Of a stretch of 64,000 bases of DNA, positions 9,134 through 17,825 are shown one piece after another. Source of the DNA: Patescibacteria group bacterium (GTDB taxonomy: Bacteria > Patescibacteriota > Patescibacteriia > UBA2196); NCBI GenBank assembly GCA_028748975.1, contig JAQTPI010000006.1, positions 366 through 64,365 on the forward strand, in the 5' to 3' direction. Positions within the stretch are counted from its first letter, which is position 1. Each line of letters begins with the position of its first letter. The notes beneath the pieces are model-generated. The model was not told the origin of the DNA, did no database searches, and saw only the letters and a program-made list of their open reading frames with translations. The position numbers were made by a program, and so were the translations under genes.

Positions 9134-10288
9134 ATGTTAGAAATTAATCAACAAATCATCTCCCAAATTGAAAAAGCCCGTCAAATTTTGCTTGTTTTCA
9201 AGAAAAATTGGGAAACTGATTCCGTAGCGAGCGCCTTGGCTCTGTTTTTGTGGCTGAAAAAAACCGACAAACTGGTTGATGTCATGGCTGATGGCTTTAT
9301 AGCGCCGGCTGAATTAAAATTTTTACCCGCTCTTGAAGAAATCAAACCAGAACTTCATAATCTCCAAAAATTTGTTATCAACCTGAAATTAAATCAAAAC
9401 CAAGTTTCCGATTTTGCTTATGACACAGACGGCGATAATTTAAAAATTTTTCTCACGCCCAAAACCGGCGAATTTAAAGAAAGCGATGTCACGGCCGGCC
9501 AAAGCAATTTTCTTTATGATTTAATCATCACTGTGGACACGCCGGACCTTAATTCTTTGGGCGCTATCTATGAAAAAAATCTGGATTTCTTTTTCAACAC
9601 TCCTTTGATTAATTTTGACCACGCCACCGGAAACGAACATTTCGGACAAATTAATCTGATTGATGTCCGCGCCAATTCCACAGCTGAAATTATCTATCAA
9701 TTTCTCCATGACAATTTTTCTGCCAATTTTGATGAAAATATCGCCACCTGCCTGTTGGCGGGTATTATGGGCGCCACCACCGGTTTTAAAACAGGCAACA
9801 TTTCCCCGCAAACCCTGGGTATCACCTCTGAGTTATTGGCCCTTGGCTCCAACCGCGAACAAATTGTCCAAAATCTTTTTCACGCCAAATCACTTTCTGC
9901 TCTCAAACTTTGGGGCCGGCTTTTAGCCCGGCTCCAGCCTGACCGCGCCAATCATTTGGTCTGGTCGCTTCTTTCCTATGATGATTTCATCAAATCCGGC
10001 GCCACGCCCACTGATATCAAAGGCGCAGTCAAAGAATTAGTAACTTCTCTGCCACAGGCGGAAATTATTTTAATTTTGTACGAACAGCCCTCGGGCGAAG
10101 TCGGCACGGAAGCGCTCGCTGTCCACGGCCAGCTTTTCACTTCACCCAATTACAGCGCCCTGGATTTGGTGCGCGCCTTTCGCCCCGCCGGCGACAAAAC
10201 CTTTGCTCATTTTATTATTCCCGAAGCCAAACTCCTGGAGGCGGAGAAAATTATGATTGATGAAATCAGAAAAAAAATTGCGAATTAA
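9134..10288 (+). CDS. DHH-family phosphoesterase-like protein, degenerate motifs
   Basis: DHH-fold layout (DLIITVD, INFDHA, STAEI, IATCLLAGI) but DHA for DHH and no HxxPDxD. Confidence 0.75.
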   Translation: MLEINQQIISQIEKARQILLVFKKNWETDSVASALALFLWLKKTDKLVDVMADGFIAPAELKFLPALEEIKPELHNLQKFVINLKLNQNQVSDFAYDTDGDNLKIFLTPKTGEFKESDVTAGQSNFLYDLIITVDTPDLNSLGAIYEKNLDFFFNTPLINFDHATGNEHFGQINLIDVRANSTAEIIYQFLHDNFSANFDENIATCLLAGIMGATTGFKTGNISPQTLGITSELLALGSNREQIVQNLFHAKSLSALKLWGRLLARLQPDRANHLVWSLLSYDDFIKSGATPTDIKGAVKELVTSLPQAEIILILYEQPSGEVGTEALAVHGQLFTSPNYSALDLVRAFRPAGDKTFAHFIIPEAKLLEAEKIMIDEIRKKIAN

Positions 10289-10405
10289 TAGCGAATTACC
10301 TGCTAATTTTGCGAATAAAAATCCGCCCCGATGCGCTTTGCGCCATCGGGGCGGATTTGATTAGTCTTATTCGCCTCCATTAGCATTATTAGCAATTATT
10401 AAACT

Positions 10406-12586
10406 TTATTCGTTTTCTATCAAAATTTGATTGCTCTGCTCGCGCCACTGTGTCGCCGGAATAGTCGGATGTACTGTTTGTTTGCCATTCTTTGCCAAAT
10501 CAAATATCTCTTGCGGGGTATAACCGCCATAAATGAAAGCATTAACCACCGCGCCCCAGGAAGTATTTTTCAAGGTTAAAATCTTACCGCCATTCAGCGC
10601 TTTCAGTTCATCTCTTAAAACTATAGCTGCGTTCTCTTCAGTTTTCAAATCACCCAGTCGCGACAAACCGTAAATTTTATTCTTATTAGTGGAAATTTTC
10701 TTGGCTTCCGGCGAGAGCGGACTATAACCGCTTTTAATTTCCGTCAAATCATCAAAGCCGTCGCCATCAGTGTCTTCTTTGTTTAGATCCGTGCCATAAA
10801 GTCCTTCTTGAAAATCAGTCAGGCCATCGCCATCAGTATCAAGTTTGTAATCAACCGCTACTGTTGTTGGTGTTGATGTTTGTGTTGGTGTTGATGTTTG
10901 TGAACCAAGGCTTGGTTTAGTGCCCGAACATAAACTGTCTGCCACCACGCTGCCATTATTGTCTTGGCATCTGACTGCCCAAGAATAAGTGGTATTGGCA
11001 CTGGTACAGCTCTGGCTCGTTGTCGGCTTGGTGTCGAAACATAAACTGTCAGCCGCCGCGGCGCCGGTATTATCTTTGCAAGACACGCTTCTTGTTTGCG
11101 TACTATTGGTGCAAGTTGACCACGCACCCGAAGACCAGGAATAAGTCGTTGTGGTGGTGGTTGAACAACTTTGATTGGTTGTTGGTTTAATGCCGGAGCA
11201 TAAACTGTCAGCCACTGTGGCACTATTTTTATCTTTACAAACCACAGTTCTGGTTTGTGTGTTACTAGAACAGGTTGACCAATCACCCGAGGTCCAAGTA
11301 TAAGTAATTCCAACACCCAAAGTTGATCCTGCCACCCAACTTGTCCAATCAGAGCAACCATTAGAATTGCAGGCTTGAACTTTGGCGCTGTAAGAACGAT
11401 TGGAACTTAAAGGATTAAATGGCGCGCCATAATTAGCTGTGTTAAAAGAAGCGCCAGTTACTTTTTGGGCATCACCTACGCCATCTACTTGGACATAATA
11501 ATATGTGGCACTGCTGACTGCGTCCCAACTCCAAGTAAGGGAAGTGCTGGTTGAACCGGTAGATTTAAAATTGGTGGGTTTATCTGGTTTTGTTGCCCAA
11601 GTCGTCCCGGCCACCCAACTTGTCCAATCAGAACAACCATTAGAATTGCAGGCTTGAACTTTGGCGCTGTAAGAACGATTGGAACTTAAAGGATTAAATG
11701 GCGCGCCATAATTAGCTGTGTTAAAAGAAGCGCCAGTTACTTTTTGGGCATCACCTACGCCATCTACTTGGACATAATAATATGTGGCACTGCTGACTGC
11801 GTCCCAACTCCAAGTAAGGGAAGTGCTGGTTGAATCTGTGGTTTTCAAATTTGTAGGAGATGTAGGAATACTCTCTATTCTTGTCACTTGTTTCACATAT
11901 GAACTGTAAGCAGAACAACCGCCGGTGTTGCAGGCCCTGACTTTTGCCTGATAGTCTGTGTTTGGTTGTAATCCAGAAAAAGTAGCGGATTTAATGGAAG
12001 AAATATTGTCTTCGGTAATTTTTTGTGTTTCATCAAAACCGCCATAAAAAGGCCGGTCCTTAACAACCTCATAATACGTCGCGCCGGACTGCGCGCTCCA
12101 CACCCATTTGATGGAAGTGCTGGTATACTCATCTACTTTCAAATCCGTGGGAGTGGTAGGAGGAGTGGGCGTGGTTACCACTGGCGTTGCTGCCGCTGGC
12201 GTCTGGGCTATATCTGAACTGGCCGAAAAAACAGAACAAATGGCATTGCAAGCTTTAACCCTAGCTATGTATGCTGTATTCGGCTTTAAACCTTTAAATT
12301 CATAAGATGTGACTTTTATATCATTAGCATACAGTGTTTCTGAACCACCAACAGAATATTCCCCAAGATAAACTTCATATCTGCTCGCGCTGGCCACCAC
12401 ATTCCAAGTAAAAGAAATTGAAGTTTCTTTAATTGATTGTGGTTGTATTTGTGGCTTCCCTGGCGCTAGGGGCATAATAATTGCTTTAGCCGAATTTGCC
12501 AACAAAAAAAGCTGACCCGAAGCCAAAGCCAGCGTAAGAGCAAATATCAAAAGACCTTTAAAATTCTTTTGCGCGCGTTTTTTCAT
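10406..12586 (-). CDS. secreted surface protein: 4x fibronectin III, thrombospondin-1-like repeats, DTDGDG Ca-binding repeats
   Basis: signal peptide, FN3 W/Y..V.ACN pattern, WxxGxWSTC...QTRxVxC repeats, DTDGDGLTD..E. Confidence 0.85.
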   Translation of the reverse strand: MKKRAQKNFKGLLIFALTLALASGQLFLLANSAKAIIMPLAPGKPQIQPQSIKETSISFTWNVVASASRYEVYLGEYSVGGSETLYANDIKVTSYEFKGLKPNTAYIARVKACNAICSVFSASSDIAQTPAAATPVVTTPTPPTTPTDLKVDEYTSTSIKWVWSAQSGATYYEVVKDRPFYGGFDETQKITEDNISSIKSATFSGLQPNTDYQAKVRACNTGGCSAYSSYVKQVTRIESIPTSPTNLKTTDSTSTSLTWSWDAVSSATYYYVQVDGVGDAQKVTGASFNTANYGAPFNPLSSNRSYSAKVQACNSNGCSDWTSWVAGTTWATKPDKPTNFKSTGSTSTSLTWSWDAVSSATYYYVQVDGVGDAQKVTGASFNTANYGAPFNPLSSNRSYSAKVQACNSNGCSDWTSWVAGSTLGVGITYTWTSGDWSTCSSNTQTRTVVCKDKNSATVADSLCSGIKPTTNQSCSTTTTTTYSWSSGAWSTCTNSTQTRSVSCKDNTGAAAADSLCFDTKPTTSQSCTSANTTYSWAVRCQDNNGSVVADSLCSGTKPSLGSQTSTPTQTSTPTTVAVDYKLDTDGDGLTDFQEGLYGTDLNKEDTDGDGFDDLTEIKSGYSPLSPEAKKISTNKNKIYGLSRLGDLKTEENAAIVLRDELKALNGGKILTLKNTSWGAVVNAFIYGGYTPQEIFDLAKNGKQTVHPTIPATQWREQSNQILIENE
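11331..11834. repeat. intragenic tandem duplication (279-bp offset)
   Basis: 11331-11555 matches 11610-11834 with one mismatch seen. Confidence 0.9.
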
Positions 12587-12716
12587 AGTTTTTGTGTTTA
12601 TTTTTGTTTATTTTTTCGCTAATTTTAGCGAATTATACATTAAGTATAGCAAATTTTTTGCTACTTGTCAAATTAAAAAGCCGTTCTCTGAACGGCTTTT
12701 GTTTTTGATGAGTTTG

Positions 12717-12962
12717 TCAGAAATTATAAATCCGCGTCAAATTGTCAATAAACTGCGCTGGCGGCCATTCCTTGGTGTAACCGCACTGCCGGCAAGTCAA
12801 TTTTATTTTATTACCGGAAATTTCTTCTTCTTCCATTTGTTGTTCGCAATTAAAACAACGGCTCGCTAAATTATAAGATTGGCGTGTGATAAAACAAATG
12901 AAACCCAAAAAAAATACCACCAAAAGAATACCACCAAAAATAATTCCGATTATTCCCCACAT
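12717..12962 (-). CDS. small membrane protein with zinc ribbon
   Basis: N-terminal TM, CFNC...CRQC, GGAGG SD. Confidence 0.7.
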   Translation of the reverse strand: MWGIIGIIFGGILLVVFFLGFICFITRQSYNLASRCFNCEQQMEEEEISGNKIKLTCRQCGYTKEWPPAQFIDNLTRIYNF

Positions 12963-13076
12963 TTCTGCCTCCTTTTTTAAATTATCAAAAAATAATAAAA
13001 TATTTTATATCCTTATATCTCCATATCTTTATTTCTAATATTTTTATTTCCCTTATTACTAGTTACTAGTTACTTA

Positions 13077-13769
13077 TTACCAATTTTTTTTCACCAACCC
13101 CTTTTCCGCCGCGTCCATCTGCGCTTCTTGTTTGGAAGTGCCCTCGCCTTTAGCCACCAATTCTTCTTCCAGATAAACTCCGATGATAAATTTCTTGTTA
13201 TGATCCGGGCCGGATTCAGAAATCACCTGATATGACGGCGTCACCCCGACTTTGTCTTGCGCCATTTCCTGAAAACGCGACTTGGCGTCAATATAAAGTT
13301 TATGTTTCAAAATATCCGGCAATTTCACCAAAATATTTTTGATAATAAATTTTTTAGCGGTATCCCAACCCAAATCCAAATAAATCGCGCCGATCACCGC
13401 TTCCATGGCGTTGGCAATAATGTAACCGCGCGCTTTCTGATTTTTATCTTTGGCTTCGCCGCGCGACAAAAATAAAAAATCATCCAATTCCAGTTCCTTG
13501 CCGATTTCCGAAAGCATCTTGGCGTTGACCAAAGCCGCCCGCCAGTTTGTCATCTCACCCTCGGGATTATTAGGATAATTTTCATATAAATTTTCCGTCA
13601 CGATTAATTCCAAGACCGCGTCGCCCAAAAATTCCAGCCGTTCATTGTGTTCCATTTTTAAAGACGGGTGCTCGTTCAAATATGACCGGTGCGTCAGCGC
13701 CTGTTTCAAAAGTTCCGGATGTTTAAAATTAACTTTTAAAATTTCTTCCAATTTGGAAATGTCTTTCAT
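13077..13769 (-). CDS. rnc: ribonuclease III
   Basis: ALTHRS, NERLEFLGDAVL, C-terminal dsRBD. Confidence 0.98.
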   Translation of the reverse strand: MKDISKLEEILKVNFKHPELLKQALTHRSYLNEHPSLKMEHNERLEFLGDAVLELIVTENLYENYPNNPEGEMTNWRAALVNAKMLSEIGKELELDDFLFLSRGEAKDKNQKARGYIIANAMEAVIGAIYLDLGWDTAKKFIIKNILVKLPDILKHKLYIDAKSRFQEMAQDKVGVTPSYQVISESGPDHNKKFIIGVYLEEELVAKGEGTSKQEAQMDAAEKGLVKKNW

Positions 13770-13890
13770 AAAATTTTTTAGTCCATCCTGACTTCTCGCC
13801 TTTCTAATTTATTTCATCAAAAAATAAAAAGGCGAGAAGGAAGGATCCCGTGGCCAACGGGAAAAATTAATGATTTTAATGATTTTAATA

Positions 13891-14376
13891 TTATTCGCCC
13901 AAATTCGACTGGGGCCCTTCGCTTTCGCTCAGGGCAGGCTCAGTAACTTTTATCTCTCCCTTCGCTTCCATCTCCCCATAAATCGCGCCCAAAACTCCAT
14001 TGACAAATTTGCCTGAAGATTCACCGCCAAATGTTTTGGCCATTTCAATCGCCTCATTAATCACCACTTTCGGCGGTACGTCGCTAGCGGCAAATTTCAA
14101 TTCATAAATTCCCAGGCGCAGCACGTTTCTGTCCACCACCGTAATTTTATCAAGAGGCCACTCCGGCGCGAATTTAATTATAATTTCATCAATCGCTTTG
14201 ATGTTTTTTACCACGCCTTTGACCAAACTTTCCACAAAAGAAATGTCTTCCAACCCGGCCGCCTGTTCTTTAATATTGTAAGTCAAAACCTCATTTAATT
14301 TTTCTGAATGGTGATTAAAATCCCACTCATAGAGCGTTTGCATGGCAATAGTTCTGGATAGGTGTCTGTTGGGCAT
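13891..14376 (-). CDS. nusB: transcription antitermination factor NusB
   Basis: [42 protein letters not shown]. Start reassigned to MPNRH. Confidence 0.95.
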   Translation of the reverse strand: MPNRHLSRTIAMQTLYEWDFNHHSEKLNEVLTYNIKEQAAGLEDISFVESLVKGVVKNIKAIDEIIIKFAPEWPLDKITVVDRNVLRLGIYELKFAASDVPPKVVINEAIEMAKTFGGESSGKFVNGVLGAIYGEMEAKGEIKVTEPALSESEGPQSNLGE

Positions 14377-14387
14377 TTTTCGGTATA

Positions 14388-14539
14388 ATCCTGAGCGAGG
14401 ACCCCGCATCTTGCGGGGGGACGAAGTCGAAGGATCCCCTGCGAACTTGGGCAGATAGTATTTTGTAAATCTTATCTTTCTGCCACGGGGTCCTTCGGTC
14501 CGATCCGCCAATCGGCGGACTATCGGACCTCAGGACAGG
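14388..14539. repeat. REP-like doublet (REPIN-like)
   Basis: two inverted ATCCTGAG...GAAGGATC units, spacer homologous to that in 49623-49750. Confidence 0.8.
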
Positions 14540-14549
14540 TTAAATAATT

Positions 14550-14771
14550 TTATTTCTTCATCTTCGCTTCCTTCTCTTTCTTCTTCAAATGCTTAAATTT
14601 AATTTTCAAAACTGCTTTGCTGCGATAAGTGCCGCAGCTGGCGCAGGCGTGGTGCGGCTTAACCGGTTTGGCGCATTTCGGGCAAACCGAAATTTGGTTG
14701 GTGCCCAATTTAAAAGCGGCGCGGCGCACGCGTCCTCGTGATTTGCATAATCGTTTGCCTGGTAAACCCAT
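14550..14771 (-). CDS. rpmF: 50S ribosomal protein L32
   Basis: MGLP.KR..., CPKC..PHHACASCGTY. Confidence 0.95.
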   Translation of the reverse strand: MGLPGKRLCKSRGRVRRAAFKLGTNQISVCPKCAKPVKPHHACASCGTYRSKAVLKIKFKHLKKKEKEAKMKK

Positions 14772-14774
14772 ATT

Positions 14775-14900
14775 TTTGTTAATTTCCAAATTCCAATTTC
14801 CAATTTCCAAACAATCGGTTTTTGCCAAAGGCAAAAACCGAACTTCGGTCGTCTGGCCTTAGGCATTTCATTAGAAATTAGTAATTAGTAATTGGATATT
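14775..14900. repeat. heptamer-armed element with CGGTTTTTGCC/GGCAAAAACCG core
   Basis: same core hairpin at about 20883-20909 and 26886-26911, CTAATTT/CCAATTT 7-mer arms. Confidence 0.8.
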
Positions 14901-15002
14901 TATTAATTCTTATTATAATTATTATAGCTTACTTTTAATTTTTTGGCAAGTAAAAGAAAAACCCGCTTTGACTGGCGTCAAAACGGGTTATTTGTGTGTT
15001 AT

Positions 15003-15884
15003 TTAATAAAACGGAATAAATTCGGCCTTCAAACGTACCAGGCCCTTTCTATCCATCCCAAATTCCAATATCCAAAAACCCATCATAGCTGCGATCTTCT
15101 GTCGACGCATAAAACCTGTTTGATGTTGTAAGGTAGCGGTTTGAAAAACCGCCACGTTACGATAATTGGGAATCCACTCCGCTTTATGATAATGTCCTAT
15201 CAAAATAATGTTTGGTTTTTCGCCACCCGTTATTATTTCGGTATATTTTTGTGGATGATACGACAAAGCATAAGCCGTACCGCCGCCCGGATGCGATAAA
15301 CGCAACCTAATCTTATGGCCACGCGAATCCTGAATATCTATATCTTTTTCTTCTTGTCCTTCATAAACCAAGTCTTCTCTTTTTTGCGCAATTTGGTAAC
15401 CGATATCACAACCCGCATTTTTCCAAAATGACAAGTCATGATTACCGGTAATGAAATGTGTTATTATATGTGGCTTATAGGGATAATGTTTACACACATA
15501 CTTCACCTGTTCATCAGCCCCATGAACCAACAACTCATACTCGTGGCCGCGATACATTTTTTCACCATCAACTAGATCACCAGTATGATAGACTCGACGT
15601 ATGCCCTCGGACTCAAAAATATTATAAGCGGTCTTTACTAGACCGATATCATCGCACTTAGAACCAAGTTGGGTATCGCCCAAAACTCCAATCTTGACCC
15701 TTTGTGTATGAAATTTCTCCAAAGGTATGACCGTGTTATTTAAAAATTCCACCATCTGTCGGTTCAAACGAAAAATTTCTTTTTCTTTTTGTGCTAACTC
15801 CCAAATATAATTACAAACATCGCACTTAACTTTTGGTGCGCTTTTTCCCTGATATGACTTATGTTTTTGACAGTGTCGCCTCAT
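15003..15884 (-). CDS. calcineurin-like metallophosphoesterase with N-terminal Cys/His cluster
   Basis: GDTQ, HTGD..DG, GNHD, SH, GHYH motifs. Confidence 0.85.
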   Translation of the reverse strand: MRRHCQKHKSYQGKSAPKVKCDVCNYIWELAQKEKEIFRLNRQMVEFLNNTVIPLEKFHTQRVKIGVLGDTQLGSKCDDIGLVKTAYNIFESEGIRRVYHTGDLVDGEKMYRGHEYELLVHGADEQVKYVCKHYPYKPHIITHFITGNHDLSFWKNAGCDIGYQIAQKREDLVYEGQEEKDIDIQDSRGHKIRLRLSHPGGGTAYALSYHPQKYTEIITGGEKPNIILIGHYHKAEWIPNYRNVAVFQTATLQHQTGFMRRQKIAAMMGFWILEFGMDRKGLVRLKAEFIPFY

Positions 15885-16198
15885 CTTCTCTTTCCTTTCG
15901 CTTGTTTGATGATAAATTTGATGATAAATTTGTCCGACAAATAAAAATATTTGTCACTTATCCCCAAATTAACAACTTTCTTTCAGCTTTCAAAAAAACA
16001 TCTTATTTAGGCGTAAAACCCCCCTTTTTTCACAATTTTCCTCCTTTCTTTTTCTTTTTCCGTTGTTAAAGTTCCTTTGTCTGCTTTAATTTTATCTTAC
16101 CTGGAAACCCTTGTCAAAAAAATAAAAAAACCCGCCTTCGGCTTGGCCGACAACGGGTTATTTTTGACTGATTATAAATAGATAATATTTATTCCAAG

Positions 16199-16816
16199 TT
16201 ATTTTTCTACCGCGCAATGGTGTTCTGTTTGAGACATATTTTCATCCGCCATCTCTGGCTTGCCACGACCGCAGCTGTCGCAAAATTCACCAATGCTAAT
16301 ATCCAAACTGCCGCCTCTGATGGCACCACTAATATAACGATGCTGGCATTTGGCGGCGCAGGCATCGCAAATGCCCCATTCGCAAGCAACGCGATTAATC
16401 ATATTGGCTTTGCACAATTTGCAGTGTCTAACGGTAACTTTGATTGCTTTTTTTTCATCCACCACTGTCTCGCCGATGAAAATCAGTTCGCCGCGACCAA
16501 AAAAACAGGCGTCTCTAATTTGGCTGACTTCTCGCCTGTCTTCTTTGGTGTTACCGCTGAGAGTTAATTTAATACCACCAATACAAGCGATGCTTATGCT
16601 GGTCCACCCATTCCCTTTTTCCACCTTCTCTTTCTTTTGGGCACCGGCGTAAAAAAAGAGTCTGGGGAAACCATCCCTATCCTCATCTCGCCCATCATAA
16701 AAAATTTTATCCCCTGGTTTGAGAATTTTGATAATGGAAGCAAGAATCCTTTTTTCGCTTCTCTTGTCCGGTACAAAAGTGAAGGTTCCTGATTTCTCAT
16801 CTCGCACAATTTTCAT
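16199..16816 (-). CDS. hypothetical protein with C-terminal Cys-rich region
   Basis: GGAGG SD, CKLC, CDAC, CQH, CDSC. Confidence 0.7.
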   Translation of the reverse strand: MKIVRDEKSGTFTFVPDKRSEKRILASIIKILKPGDKIFYDGRDEDRDGFPRLFFYAGAQKKEKVEKGNGWTSISIACIGGIKLTLSGNTKEDRREVSQIRDACFFGRGELIFIGETVVDEKKAIKVTVRHCKLCKANMINRVACEWGICDACAAKCQHRYISGAIRGGSLDISIGEFCDSCGRGKPEMADENMSQTEHHCAVEK

Positions 16817-16860
16817 TGCGCCCTTCCTCCTTCCGCCTTTCGTTTTTTATTTTTAATGGT

Positions 16861-17226
16861 TCAACTTTTTCCCTGTCCAAAAACAAATAAATACAAACCA
16901 ATTTCCGGGTATTTCTCTCCGGCTTTTTTCATTTCTTCGGGCAAATGTTTACAAACAACCATCAGTGCCTTTTGAATTTCTTTGTTAAAAGAATACATTG
17001 TTGCCATATAAAGAAGTTCTAGAAAATCTTTTTCATCAAATAATTCCTGCCATTGGAAATCATTAATCAAATAACGAATCTTTGAGCCGTTTTGAAGGGC
17101 CCGGCAAAGACGTTCTCGTTCTTCTCTCTCCGGGTGGTTCTTTAAAATATCAAGTAAAATCAATGCCCTGATTACGTGTAAAGCACCGCGAATTTCATTG
17201 TTTTCTTCCCGGTTGAATTCTTTCAT
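16861..17226 (-). CDS. hypothetical protein
   Basis: 121 aa, ATGA overlap with upstream gene, GGAGG SD. Confidence 0.7.
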   Translation of the reverse strand: MKEFNREENNEIRGALHVIRALILLDILKNHPEREERERLCRALQNGSKIRYLINDFQWQELFDEKDFLELLYMATMYSFNKEIQKALMVVCKHLPEEMKKAGEKYPEIGLYLFVFGQGKS

Positions 17227-17498
17227 CTCTTCCTCCTGGCCTCTTGGCTCTTCAGTTTTTTTAATAACTCTTTCGACGGTTTTATTAAATCAAAAGGCAC
17301 TGATACTACCTGCGATAATTTCTGTTTTTTTTCAATAAAATCGCCCGTGGTTCTGTCATAAACCAAAAACTCAAAACCTTTGCCGCCACTGCCGGCAACA
17401 ACCCAAACAATTGTCTTGTCTTTGCCGAGAATAAAATCATCCGCTCGCAATTGCCGTTCCGCATGAAGCAAATCTAAAAAATCCCATAATTTTTCCAT
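17223..17498 (-). CDS. hypothetical protein
   Basis: start MEKLW preceded by GAGGAGG. Confidence 0.65.
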   Translation of the reverse strand: MEKLWDFLDLLHAERQLRADDFILGKDKTIVWVVAGSGGKGFEFLVYDRTTGDFIEKKQKLSQVVSVPFDLIKPSKELLKKLKSQEARRKR

Positions 17499-17625
17499 CT
17501 TTCCTCCTCTCGCTTTGCAGCTTTTAATTTTTGATGGTTCAATTGTCTCTCTTACCTTAGCACTCTTCAAAATCTTTGTCAAACCCGATTTAAAGTGATA
17601 AAATATGTATGTAATTTTCTTTTTA

Positions 17626-17817
17626 TGTCATCCTGAAGCCGATGAATATCGGCTGAAGGATCCCGTGGCCGAAGAGATAAATAATAAAGATATAAAGAAA
17701 TAAGGATATAATAGGCTAGGTCGCCTATATCTTTATATCCCTATATCCTTATATCTTTTCACAAAACCGCGAGATCCCTCGGCTCAATACTTCCCAAAAA
17801 GGCCGCTCAGGATAAAC
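17626..17817. repeat. REP-like doublet with AAGATAT-type spacer
   Basis: inverted homologue of 40729-40984. Confidence 0.8.
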
Positions 17818-17825
17818 TTCAGACC

